A stretch of DNA of 64,000 bases from Lepidodermella squamata (Eukaryota > Animalia > Gastrotricha): contig JBLDXI010000001.1 of NCBI GenBank assembly GCA_047495785.1, forward strand, positions 2,480,001-2,544,000, in the 5' to 3' direction. The position numbers and the translations under genes were made by a program. The notes beneath the pieces are model-generated. The model had not been told where the DNA came from. It was given only the letters and a program-made list of their open reading frames with translations, and searched no databases. Shown here in pieces: positions 14,221 to 26,811 of this stretch. The first letter of the stretch is position 1. Each line of letters opens with the position of its first letter.

Positions 14221-14520
14221 TTGTATTGTATTGTATTGTATCGTCTATTCGCAAATTTCATCATTGAATTCAGCAAATTAAAATGAAGCACACGCATAAC
14301 TGTTGTTCGAGAACGGCGCCTCACCACACTTGGGAGGTGATTTTCAAAAATGTCAGAATTGTTTTTCACATATAGTTTGAAACTAGAATGATTGGTGCAT
14401 ACTACCTCATTAGAAAGGCTATTCCACGCATCTCTAGTGCGATTGAAGAAGGAGTATTTGAAAGCGTCTGTTCTATATATTGCAGCCTTAATTTGATGAG
14501 ATGGACCTTTTTTACGCTGC
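14221..14520 (-). mobile_element. 3' remnant of a non-LTR retrotransposon (CR1/L2-like)
   Basis: Minus-strand translation YRTDAFKYSFFNRTRDAWNSLSNEVV..SFK matches the typical ORF2 C-terminus (F..R....WN.LP); followed by a (TACAA)4 tail at 14221-14240. Confidence 0.7.
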
Positions 14521-15574
14521 GAAATAACAAAAAAATCCGCAAACTTCAGGTCGGAGATATTTTGGCAGATTGTTTGCTTGTTGGGGCTTGTTGGGCTTGT
14601 TGTTGGTTGTTGGGATATACGAGGAGAGGAGCGCGAGGAAGATGAACACAATGCTGAACACCTGCTGAACACAATGGCATAATAATCTGGGGACAGAAGA
14701 TCGCAAATCTCAAAGCACTTACCCGCCAAATGCGACAAAAAGGCGCCCTGGGTCCCAGGTCTGTATCCTCTGTAATGGAGTAGGAAGAAAGACGAGTGAT
14801 TAATGGTGCGCCACTGTTTGAAGCTCAGACGAGATTATTTGTAGCTGCATCTAAAAGTTGTCTCCATATTGGAAACCAAAGCTCCCCAAATGCACCAACG
14901 ACCTGACCCATTCTCTCATCTCTCCCATCCTCCATCGGGATCTTGATTGAAGCTTGACGAGCCCCGAGCTCTTTACTTATCGAGGAAAGGGTCAACTTAT
15001 TCTGATTATGGGAAGATAACAGGCCAAGATAACACTTGATAAATCACTATGCGTAACAGAATTAAGTAAAAATATGACAAAGAGCTACTTTACTGGCTTT
15101 ATTGTCAACAATGAGAATAAGCGTTCTATTCTCTATGATGTCATGCAATTCATGTTGAAATTCATCTTGCAAAATCAGAGTCTTGCAGGGAAATAAGTCG
15201 GCCATGTATGTCATGCGGGCTATGCGTTTCGTTGCGGGCTTGCGATGGTCCGTTTTGGTTCAGTTTAGGTTCAGAGATAAAACCTTCATGCAAATTTAGG
15301 GTACCATCGAGAGGCTCTCGATTTTTGAATTGTTCAACTTTGAGCAACGATAGCTCGGTAAAACGGTGATGAATCCGGTTCCTCTGAATCTAACGGTAAA
15401 ACGGCTCCTCTGGTTGCGCCACTTTATACTTGATACCATCACGAACCAACAGCGAGCTCTGCGGTAAAGGAGGCAGTGAACAACTTTCGTTTTCTCATTG
15501 ATTTTTTTGTTTCTAAATTTAGGATTCAAAAATGTAATTAATCTCTGTTTTTCTAGTTATTTTTATTACTAGTT

Positions 15575-18254
15575 ATGACATCTCAGGTATTCGATAAAGC
15601 TCCCGATATATCCCAAACGAACGTTTTGAGCGATGCCCTCATCAAGTTGTACGAATCCTCAACTGGCAGTGATGTTGAACTCATTTTGGACGATGGATCA
15701 AAATTGAAAACTCACCGGGCCATTTTAGCTGCTCATTCACCTGTTTTCGCTCGAATGTTGGGTGACCCTAGTTTTAAGGAAGGCCAATTCGGTGTCGTGA
15801 AGTTACCCGGAAAATCGGCGAAGACCGTGGACGCTTTTTTGCGTTACTTGTATTCGGGATGCATTTCGCCCCAGAAGCTTGAAGTAACGACTGCTGTCCG
15901 AATTTACGCAATGGCTCACGAATACGAGGTACTCCCGCTATATCGAGCGCTAACTGATACATTCATGCTGGTAATCTATTTTCCCAAACTCCCATATTTA
16001 GTATACAGAAATGATTCTGTAGTTTGGAATGAATGCAAATGCTATCTGGAGCATTTTTGACGCTGCTCTGCTTTTCGAGGAAGAAAATTTGATCGAAGAA
16101 TGTCGCCAATTTATTTACAACAACGCTTCTGAAGCTTTGAAGAATGAATCATTCTGCGATTTGTCGAAATCAGCCCTGCTCGATGTTATTTCGGATGACT
16201 GCCTCTTCGCGCCTGAGGTCGAAATCGCGCTCGCTGTGTGCCGCTGGCAGGAGAAGAACAAAGAGGTCAAAATGAGGGACATTCTCAGTAAGATACGCTA
16301 CACGTTGATTAGGCTGGACGGTTTTAATTTGGCCGATGGAGCTCCGTTGTACGAGATGCTTGCTGCTCAAAAAGTCGATATTAGATCAGTCGGAGAATTC
16401 GGCTTCAGCCCTGAGGAGCCAGATGATCCGAGAAAAAAACCCGAATCCTTAGGTGGAACCATAGACAACTCTATACAGATCGGAAACTAGCGATCTTCCT
16501 ATAGTAAATAAATTCACACCAAAACGTGAAAAAGTGGGCACGCGACCTTCATTTTTATTCACTCATCGCCCTATCCGCCCATAGTAATTTTTCCGATTTT
16601 TAATTATTTTCTAAAATTCCCTGAGAAAATGTTTCATTTCCGACAAATTTCAAACAAATTTTCCGGAATACTAGAAGCGCTCCTCTATCGAATGAGTCCC
16701 GTCTCATGAGACGGTTTTTTATCTAACTTTTTTTAAATTATCTCAAAGTTGGTCACTTTTACGAAAAATCGCCATTTCAAGAGTCTTTCAGGACGGTAAC
16801 ATTTTTCATTTTAAGCCGAAAAATTCCGAGAAAAATACTATGATCTTATTCGAATTTTGCTCTATCCAAAGATATAAAACTTGAGCGAATCAGAATTTTT
16901 TTCGAATTTCGCGAAATTTTCTGACTTGTAATATTGGGATTTTGCGTGATATTGCTAAATCTAAAAATAGCTATTAGGTTTTTTGTAGCTATTTTTAGCT
17001 CGCTCAAAGTATTATCAAGCGAATGCAAATTTCGCGAAATTCAAAAAATTCTGATTAGCTCTTGGATAGAGAAGTTTTATATCTTTGGATAGAACAAAAA
17101 TCGAATAAGATCATAGTATTTTTCTCGTAATTTTTCGGCTTAAAATGAAAAATTTTACCGTCCTGAAAGACTCTTGAAATGGCGATTTTTCGTAAAAGTG
17201 ACCAACTTTGAGATAATTTAAAAAAAGTTAGATAAAAAACCGTCTCATGAGACGGGACTCATTCGATAGAGGAGCGCTTCTAGTATTCCGGAAAATTTGT
17301 TTGAAATTTGTCGGAAATGAAACATTTTCTCAGGGAATTTTAGAAAATAATTAAAAATCGGAAAAATTACTATGGGCGGATAGGGCGATGAGTGAATAAA
17401 AATGAAGGTCGCGTGCCCACTTTTTCACGTTTTGGTGTGAATTTATTTACTATAGGAAGATCGCTAGTTTCCGATCTGTATAGAGTTGTCTATGGGTGGA
17501 ACATTTTTCCCTTTTCTAAATCAAAAACTATTTTCGATTTAAAGCAGGTCAAATTTTAAATATCAAAATCCTTTAATAATTGATTATCAAAATGAATTAT
17601 TTCAAGTTGTGTTACTTTGACATGCAGCTACAAGTCTAAATGGAACAGTTGTCGAGGGAGTCGACCCGGCTGTTTTGTTTGGCCTGTTTACTGGTTTCGA
17701 GCCGCGTGGCTCTGTCGAGAACGGCAAGTCGGTTGTAGTTGCATTACGAAAGCCGCACAGCATAGCATCGATGTCATTCTTCCTGCATTCCATTGGCAAC
17801 GCCTCATGCAAGTTTTCTATCGAAGTTTCACGCTCGTCTGAAGCCAAGTGGGTAAAATTAGCCGAAAGTCTCGCAGAATCGCCAGCTGGAAATCACATCA
17901 TCATGTTTAAACGGCAAAAGGTTACAATGAGTAAGTCCCAATTTCTAGGCTTTTATTATACTAAATTCCATCGGAGGTCTGAGTTTTATGGTTTTATGAA
18001 AAATGAGGTTTATCGTTTCATCGTAACAAGATAAGTTATGTATTTGTCGATTATTTTTAATAGTTCGAATTACGGCTCAAAGTGCCATTTCTACTCAGCA
18101 TGCTTCTTTTGTGATTCGCGCATTCCTTTGCCCGGCGATGAATTTCGAGGTCTTTTTTCGCGCTGAATGGACCACCCAAAGCCTAGATGGTCAACCTATG
18201 ATTTTTGTGGTCGACAAAGACAAGAAGCTCATCAAGTCTTATCGCGCTTTGTGA
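15575..18254 (+). CDS. BTBD9-like protein, copy E
   Basis: Exons 15575-15970, 16023-16452, 17628-17930, 18064-18254; intron 2 carries a foldback transposon. Confidence 0.88.
16460..17494. mobile_element. ~1035-bp foldback non-autonomous DNA transposon (CATAG termini, 8-bp TSD; P- or hAT-like)
   Basis: Ends CATAGACAACTCTATACAG and CTGTATAGAGTTGTCTATG; ~460-bp near-perfect inverted arms; TSD GGTGGAAC at 16452-16459 and 17495-17502. Confidence 0.93.
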
Positions 18255-19389
18255 AATTTGGTGATGAAAGTGAAGCGGGTCAACTTATTTTGATCAGCCT
18301 TGAACATTATTGTGATCTATTTATGCATTACAATTACATTAGCCATAAATTATACAATATAAGCTCCAATAAGTTCAACTCGGTCGTAGTAATAATAAAG
18401 AAAATGAATTTACCGACTGTCGATAACTAGCTGAATTTTTCACCAGAAATTCAACATTTGGAATTACTGCTGTATTTCACTTTCTTCCCTAAATCTTATA
18501 TCCGCAGTGATATATGCCTACGATTTTTACGAGAAAGCATGTGAGCTAGTTCAACACGACGTAGAGGCTAAAAGGCTGAAAACAGAACGTCCAAGCCAGT
18601 CAACGATTTTTTGGTAGAAATCGTCGCAATCTTTTGAGATAAATTGAACTGAATTACCGTCATATCGCAGAATAAGGGGCTATTCGGTGACACAATCGTT
18701 CAAGCAGTAGAATGAGGCATACTAAAAAAACTATGAAGTGAAAGTCGATAATATTTCACAAGGAGCTACGTCGATAGATGACCACATATTCTGTGAAAAG
18801 CATGAGATCAAAGAGTAAACGGCACTAAAGCTGTGGGCTCTCTTTGAATGGTTCGATCGGGGAGGCCCCTGAACCCAATTCCCCAGTAAAAATGAAGGAA
18901 AAATCAAATGGCCCTCGATTTACACGCGCCTCGCAGTAGCAGTCAAGTTCGAATTTTTAATTAGTCTGTCCTGCCAGGTCAAAAGCGGAAAGTAACCCAG
19001 GCAAGGACAAAGTTGAGCTCAGCTCGCTGCTTTGTCATTTGCTCAGTGCAAGCTATAGCTGCTGTAGGCGTCCTGGCGTTGTTAATGCGCGAGCAAAGCC
19101 GAAAAGGTAGGAGTTTTAGCATATCTTGCATGATCGCTTAATTTCACACCCAAAAAATGAGAAATACCTTGGCTTGTTTGCTTTATCGAGGGCGGCGTAT
19201 TCAATGCGTTGTTTTAGCAGGAACCTTTCGTCAAACTCGCGTTGAGGCTCGGCTGATTCAACATATGACGTTGAGAAAGGCTTCGTCGGTAGTAAGATCG
19301 GAAGCGGCATCATTCATCATTAATTTCATCCTCCTACAAGCAAGTCTTTTCTCCTTTATTTCTTAAGCGTCGAGTGCAAAATTTCGGAA

Positions 19390-19714
19390 ATGCTGGCTAA
19401 AGTTGCTGTCGTTCTAGCCGTTCTCATCGCAGTCACTAGCTGCTTCGATACACAAAAAGCTGCTGCAGGTAAATGCTTCAGTACATATCTTGTAAATAAC
19501 TACGATAAGCGCCTTTTTACCAGATTTCAAAAAGTTCACTAAGATCGAGATTTTCGACCATCAAAACTTTTATCGTAGTATGTATCCCATTACTCGCGAA
19601 GAGTGTGCATCGTTTTGCATGCTTCACTCGCCTCCATGTAATGGTTTCATATTCGAAGGTACCCATTGCCAACTTTTACAACCTCGGACGGATGCTATTT
19701 ACAAGAAGATTTAA
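19390..19714 (+). CDS. Small secreted PAN/apple-domain protein (89 aa, 2 exons)
   Basis: Exons 19390-19468 and 19524-19714 give MLAKVAVVLAVLIAVTSCFDTQKAAADFKK...EECASFCMLHSPPCNGFIFEGTHCQLL...YKKI*: signal peptide plus four-Cys PAN core. Confidence 0.8.
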
Positions 19715-21168
19715 CACAACACGCCAAAAACGCCCGTGAGAGATGAGTGAAGCTTTAATTTGAAAGTGAATCGTGCTGGATGTTGCCATATCAAACGCTC
19801 TGATATCAAGAAATTACGTTCAAATAAAGCAATGATGAGTTGGGCACAAAGTAGCTCATAAATGGCGTGTTTCAGTGTCAGATGGGACCGATGATTTTCT
19901 GCCATTTGATGGCTTCTTTCTCGGAACGATCCCACTCTATTCCTCATTCTTAAACCTGGTTTTTCGATTGAGTTTTACCACTCAAGGAGTGTTCCCACTG
20001 TGTGAATGCGAGAGCGAGCCGTGCGGTTGATTGGAATGACAAGGCGATGTCCATTTCGAGATGCGCGTCAATAATGCGCGAGTGTAGCCGTAGCGGTAGT
20101 TCCATTTGCATACCGCTTAATTTCACGCTCAAAAATGACAAATGTATGAATAGCTGGGCTTGTTTGTTTTCTCGGGGGCGCCGTTTTTACGTTGTTAGCT
20201 CTCCGTGAAGCGTTTACGCCATAATTCTGAAGTCATGGCGATAAGTGTGAAATGTCTGCAACGTCACTATTGGTTTGAAGGTGGCCTGAGTTTACCTCCC
20301 GGGGAATTTGATATGTGCATAAGTATCACTCGAAATAGTCACAAAATAGTCTCATAATTCGCAAGGAATTTGCGTACACTTGGTATTGGACAGAAAAGAT
20401 CAGCCAGGTATCAGGAATATCAGGAGGATAGCTTCATTGCGAAAATCAGAGCACATTTGAAGATTTGATATATATTTGCGGGGGTTTTCAATGGTCCTGA
20501 TCGCGATTTTATTGAAACCCGCTTGTCTCTATCCATCACCGTTAATGCTGTGCAAAAGGTGGTCGAAATCGCCCTATCGGCCCAGATGATTTCAGGCGAT
20601 TTTTTGAGCCCCCTGATAAAAATAGACATTATTCAAGTCGATGAGACTATGCCGGGCAGAGGTAATATTCCCGATAAATTCGATAAATTTCAAGCTCAAA
20701 TTTGTGGTTAGCCCATGATCAAAAGGTCTCAAAAGATCGATCTTTTGAGATGAATTAACTGAACTATTATAGTTATAGCCCCATTTTCACTTGTCGATTG
20801 CGTTTAATTTGCCTTACGTTTTATAGAGATCTTGACAAGTTAAATCTGGTGATGTGATCAAGAAACCGAAATTTCTCGGTGAATCTCTTTTTTTCCTTAT
20901 TATTCACGTTAACGATCGTCAGAGCTCATCTATTCATGCGAGTTTTTTTATTGATAGAATAAAACCGCACGGCGTCATATTTTATGCTAGCAAATGGCAC
21001 ACAGTTTTATCGGCGCGTGCGAGAATTTGCCGTGTCAAAAACAGTTTTTGACCCTTTTGGCATATCATCGCTGGTGGAAGTCTTGTGGTAGGAATTGAGA
21101 ACTCACTCTCATTTCAAGAATTTCGTCCCCCATATATACATTCCTATTTCATAACATTGCTGGGAAAA

Positions 21169-23224
21169 ATGACAGTTGACGTCCTGATGGACACATTACC
21201 GAGTGAAATCGTCACCAGAATTTTCTTGCTGCTGAAAACTAGAGACATCTTCCATAACCTCGCTCGAGTTTGCAAACGGTATTTGTTTTTTTCCGCCCTA
21301 TGAAGCTTATATAATCAATTTTTATCGGTAAAGATGGTGCAATTTTGTCAATTCGCAAGACTTTTGGCGAGAAATTGCCGTTTATGAATTCGATCATCGC
21401 GCTGCCGAATTTTTCGATGCAGCTCCTGTTAAGCGAAACCTAAATCGAGAGCTAGTTTTCGCATCCCACGCTTCAAATTGCCATGACGCCATTATCCTGG
21501 AACCCGTCGTCCATTTGCCGATTCAAGATCGGCGGAAACTAGGCGAATTCGGGACAATAGTTCTGAGGCCTCAATCTCAAGTTTGCGTTTTAGCTAAAAT
21601 GTACCTAATTATTTTTAATCCATTTTATTTGAAGAATTTAGGAGATTGCAGCTTGAACCTAGCTATTCGAACTTCCTCAAAATATGAGGGTAATTTCGCC
21701 ATTGTATCGTCAGATTGTCAAATAATCGAAATTATAAAAAGGGTAATATTTCCTCAAATTTCGGCGCTAAAATTTCTTACCTGTTTCAATTTTCAGGGAA
21801 CTGATAGAATTTGGTTTGGGTCTAAATAAGTGCACCACCTAAAATGAGGTTCCAGCACTAAATTTGGGAGTGCGTTTACCTAATTTGCAAACAGCTCTCA
21901 CTAAATCATTTGGGCACCTAAATATGAGTTCCAGCACTAAATATCAGCATTCAGCACCTATTACTGTTGTTAAGCCCAGGGGAGGCTTTCAGGCATTCTC
22001 GACCACGCGCCCTCAGACGATGAATGTCTTATTACCCCGATTAGACGTGACAGCTCAAGCCCCTTCTATAGGGATGTAAGGTAGGGATGGGTTTACGGTT
22101 CCGAGAAATGTTAAGGAGTTGTGATTAGGATATGACGCAGCCGCGATTTTAGGCTCGCTTGCATAATTAAAAAAAGTGTGGACTTCAAAAAATGCATATT
22201 ATGCAAATGAGCCATGCTGTTGAGATAAGCATCACTTTATGACACACTCTTTCGATTGGGAATCGTTTATTTGCTCACTGCCGACAACTCTGCTACGGAA
22301 CGCATACGGAAGTTGTCTTTTTACACGGGACCATCATGGTGGGACCCTGAGAGGCAGTACGGACTGTATTTCGAATGGCTCAGTCCGAAATTTTGAAACT
22401 TGCCAGCTTCGAGAGTAATTATACCTAAATGAGACGTGGCAATCTCTATCATCGCAGTTATTGTTTGAAGGTTAGGCGTTGCGCAATATTGGACACAGTC
22501 AGTTTTCACCTTTTGAAATGCATAGGATAGAGATAGGACTGAAATGGTTTGCCACAGAGATGAGTGGCTGTAGTAGCAAAGACTAAAATAGTGCTATTTG
22601 CCCATGGTCTAAGGTATACTAATGCGTCCCTCCTGAAAGAGGCTCTCCTAAAAGGTATTTTACATGTCAACATCCTGCCTTATTTGCATATGCGCACATT
22701 TTTTACGGCCTAGCAAACGTTTGACCTCTGACCTACAACCTACAAGTGATGCCTGACCCTGCTTGCGATTAGCGGCGGACATTACAACCAGATCTGTAGT
22801 GTCTAGGTGTGAAAAAGCAAGTGTTTATGGTCGATTGATCTTGCTTGGGGATAGGGGATAGAGAATAGGGCCCAGTTCGATCGGTGGATCCTAGAAGTCA
22901 CTGCTCTCCAGCGGCCTCGCTAGTGCGGCATGATGGCATTCCTATCCACGAATTAGGTGGTAGCTTTGCATATTTAGTGTTAGAGTTGCTTATTTAGTGT
23001 TAAATAGGATTAGTGGGAGCGAGTTTTAAATTTAGTGCTGGAGCTCTAAATTTAGTGCTTGAGTCTTTATTTTAGTAGGTGCAGTTGGCACACCCATTTG
23101 GTTTGCCTCCAATTCGATATTTGATTGTTCGAAGCATCTATTGGCTGCTCAATTCGGTGATCTCAAACACTGCGAAATTCGTCTAGTTTTACCCTCCGAT
23201 GCTAGAAACCTAGCAAGAAGATCG
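21169..23224 (+). pseudogene. F-box protein N-terminal exons, interrupted by a transposon
   Basis: LPSEIVTRIFLLL..LARVCKR|WCNFV..FW F-box motif; exons 21169-21278, 21334-21580, 21635-21742, then 21797-21817 plus 23105-23224 split by the insertion, which introduces TAA at 21827-21829. Confidence 0.75.
21818..23095. mobile_element. Mutator-like non-autonomous element with 9-bp TSD
   Basis: TSD ATTTGGTTT at 21809-21817 and 23096-23104; GGGT and ACCC termini; imperfect TIRs (TGCACC..TAAAAT..AGCACTAAATTT) with subterminal AGCACTAAAT repeats. Confidence 0.8.
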
Positions 23225-23569
23225 GTAAGAAAAGCTATAGCTTCATTTTTTAGCTTATTTTGCTCATATTTTTCTCGAAGGTCCTAAATTCTAAATTCAA
23301 ATTATTTTCATTACTTTTCAAAATTATTGGAATTGTTTGTCCGTGTTTAATCTTATTGTGCAATTAAAAAATGGCGAATTTCAAAGAAATGTTCTGCTAT
23401 TTTGGTGGCTGTAAAATATGTCAATTTCGGAAATTTTCTTTTGAATTTCATTTTAACTTGAAAATAGATGGTTCCAGCTCTAAAAATAAGAGATTTTTAC
23501 CTTCGCTATCCAAAATTTTGCATCATCTTCGGAAAATGATAAAACCTAATAGGTTTATTCATAATTCAG

Positions 23570-25828
23570 ATAAATGACACGGCAGCATTGAGTTCAGCTG
23601 TAAATGAAGAAAATCTCGAGAAAACTCTACATCTTTTGAACTTTGCTCATCCTGAAATAAACGGTAGCGATGTTTATGTCGCCGGCTATAAAGTCCCTAT
23701 CCCAATCCTGACCGCGCTGAACAAGCCTATCTGTCCAAAAACCACGGAAATTCTTCAAATTTTGATCGATCATGGGTCGAATGTCAACGGTAAAAGCTTT
23801 TGGCCTTCTACTACATTGAACGCCGCGGCGAAAGCGGGCAATCTAGCTGCGCTGGAACTGCTTCTGAAACATGGCGCGAAAATTGATGGGAAAATCGGCG
23901 AAAATGATTTAACACCCCTTGAAACTTCGATCAAGTCAAATCACATTGAATCTGCTCTGCTTTTACTTCGAAATGGGGCGAATCCTCAGAACGCGCTACA
24001 TGTCTCGGCTAGCCACTCGAAAATCGAAAAATCAGAGCAATTCGAAGCTTTTCTCGACGAATTTCTGGCCGCAGGGTGTGACATAAATTTTCCGGATAAA
24101 AATAAGAAATCGCCTCTACTGCTGGCTATTGAGTCGAAGAACTTGCAAGCTGTTACAATTTTTCTTAAAAAATCGGCAGTGATCAAACAGGAATATCTTG
24201 CAATTGCGCTTCAAAAATCGAAGCAGATTGCAATTTTTCAAAAATTGCTGGCGAATGCTAAATTTGATCATAACCACATTCGGGTCAAGTCGACGGAACG
24301 AATCGATGGAACGCTTCAACGGCTCACCGAACGAACGTTGCTGCAAGAAGCCATTGCGAAGAATCGCGCGAAGCACGTTGGCCTGTTGCTTGAGAATAAG
24401 TGCGATGTAACTTTGCTGGACAGCAACAACTTCAGCTCGCTTCACTACTGCGCAAGGTCTACAAAAAATTATTTTTAAGAAAAATTCAAATTTTTCATGT
24501 TGCCTCTCTATCTTTCTTTTTTTTGTTTCCTTTTGTTTCTTTTTTTTTGTTTCCTTATTAATCCATCCGAAATCGAGACAAATTTCTATAAATTACCTAT
24601 GATATATTGATTTTTTTACATGATTGAAATGGAATTATTTAAGGTGGATTTATTATTTATTCAGTTTATTGCCATTGCGGGTTGTATGACCTAATTCTTC
24701 TAATTATTGATACTCGCGCTCATTTAGGTTTTGGAGGTCACCGGAATGTGGGTCAATTATGAAAAGTTTGCTCGAACGTGGCTGTTTAATCGAATCGAAT
24801 GAAAATCCGAACAAATTAACGCCACTACAAATCGCTGCTGAGGTCGGCAACGAAGCCGCTATTTCAGCTTTAATCGAATGCGGTGCTGACGTCTCTGTTA
24901 GAAATGAAAACGGCCAGACGCTGCTAATGCTGTTGATTGAATTCAGTGAATCATTGCCGTTCGATTTGATCGATGTTTTCGTGGCAAATGGCGTCGATGT
25001 CAATGCTCAGGATGAAGATGGCAATACTGCGATTATGAAGCTCATCAACAAAAGACCGATCGAAGTTTTGAAATACTTGTTAACTCAACATGAAGCGAAT
25101 GTCGGCATTTCAAATAAGGTCTTTTTTTGAATAAACATTAAAAAACGAGAAAATAAAAATAAAAATAAAACGAAACCTTTTAAATTATATTCTAAATTAA
25201 AATTTCATTTAATAAAACCTACATAATTATCTGTCGTTTTGATCAGTTAAATTTTCCTCCACTAATATTTTGGAATTTTAAACTGATTTTAATTATTCAT
25301 TTTTTACAGAGAGGGAAAACTGCGCTTGCATTAGCAGTCGAGTCTCGCAATTACGCACCAAGTATCGAGTGGTTTCGGGCATTAATGGCTGGAAACGGGG
25401 CCAATATTCACCACAGATTTGCCAACAACGAGACGCTGCTAATGCTGGCTCTGAAAGATTCTGTAAATTCAAACGATTTCGACCTCATCCAGGCTATGAT
25501 ATTGGAACATGGCGCGAAGGTGAGCGACGTTGACGATCGAGGTCGTAATCCTCTCATGGTCTACGTTGAAAACGGTCCGGCTGATTTATTGACTGAAATT
25601 ATCGAATTTTTACTCGATCAAGGCATCGACTTGAATGCTAGCGATAAATTCGGCGAAACTGCACTGATGAAGGCGGCGGCGAATAATGGTAATACAGATA
25701 TTCAACTTTTGCTGACTCGCCGAGGCGCTGACGAGAACGCGAAGGATGATAAGGGCGAAACGGCAGCGATTAAAGCTGGGCAATTTCAGCCTAAACCGGC
25801 TCAAAAATATGGCGTGCATTTTTGGTAG
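23570..25828 (+). CDS. Ankyrin-repeat exons (probably the C-terminus of the F-box gene)
   Basis: Exons ~23570-24456, 24729-25118, 25310-25828 with many TPL/TAL..A..G..LL..GA.N repeats; no in-frame ATG in the first exon. Confidence 0.85.
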
Positions 25829-26811
25829 AATGAAAATTTTTGATAATTAGTAACTTCCTTTCTCGAAGAAATCTTTTCGTTATTACGATCAAATTAATCG
25901 CTTTTTTAGGTCAATCCCCATTGATTGCCGGTGGATTTAATACCATTTATTACGTTGAATGATTAATTGATCAAATAATAAATAAACAGATTAATTAGAA
26001 ATGTTTATCAAATGATTTTTCTATTGGAAATTCATAAGGTGTATAGTAAATTCTTGCGGATTATTTTCTTCTTCTTTCCTGACCCTAAAAAATGAGGTTA
26101 GCAAAATTAGCAAATGAAACAAGCTCCTCCCCTGTCCTGAAAATTTCTGAATTTTCAAGTTTTTCGGGATTTCTATCTTTGAAATAGTAAGTTTTTGTCC
26201 ACAAAGCGCTGACGTGGTGAAAAAACCCGAAAAATACCTTCATTCTTCGAGCTTCACGGGAAGTAGGACTTGAGAGCTTGGATGGTAGCTCTGTTAACCC
26301 GAAAATTGAAGATTGTATTACAAAATAGAAGGATGCTCAGCCGTAACTAACAGTAGAACACACAAAACTCCCATTTTTCCAGGCCTAGCTTCGGTCAGGA
26401 TCTCGCAAAGCCTTGAAGCCTTGATAAGGTCCCAAGTTTGAGGACTTCACTTGGAAAACTTTCGAGAATATCATCAATATTATGGCAATTCATTGGCATT
26501 CCAACTTCTTAAAAAGTTATCCTTTAGCTAGGCCATTTCAACTCACAACAAATTTAATATTTCACGGAAGTGGCAATCTTGAGCGCGACTTGACGCAGCA
26601 GAGCTTATAGCCCAAAAAGCCTGATAGAATAGCACCAACCCAAGTAATCCTCTGCTGCCAGGTAAACAAATACGGTGCTTTTACACACATAGATAGCTTA
26701 ATGGGCTAAAACTTGTGCACTGAGATGACGGGGTAGTCGTGCGGAAGTCTAGCTAATAGATTCGCCCTCCTGTACAGCGCTTCAAAAATTAGGAAGAACA
26801 CACGACTTAAC

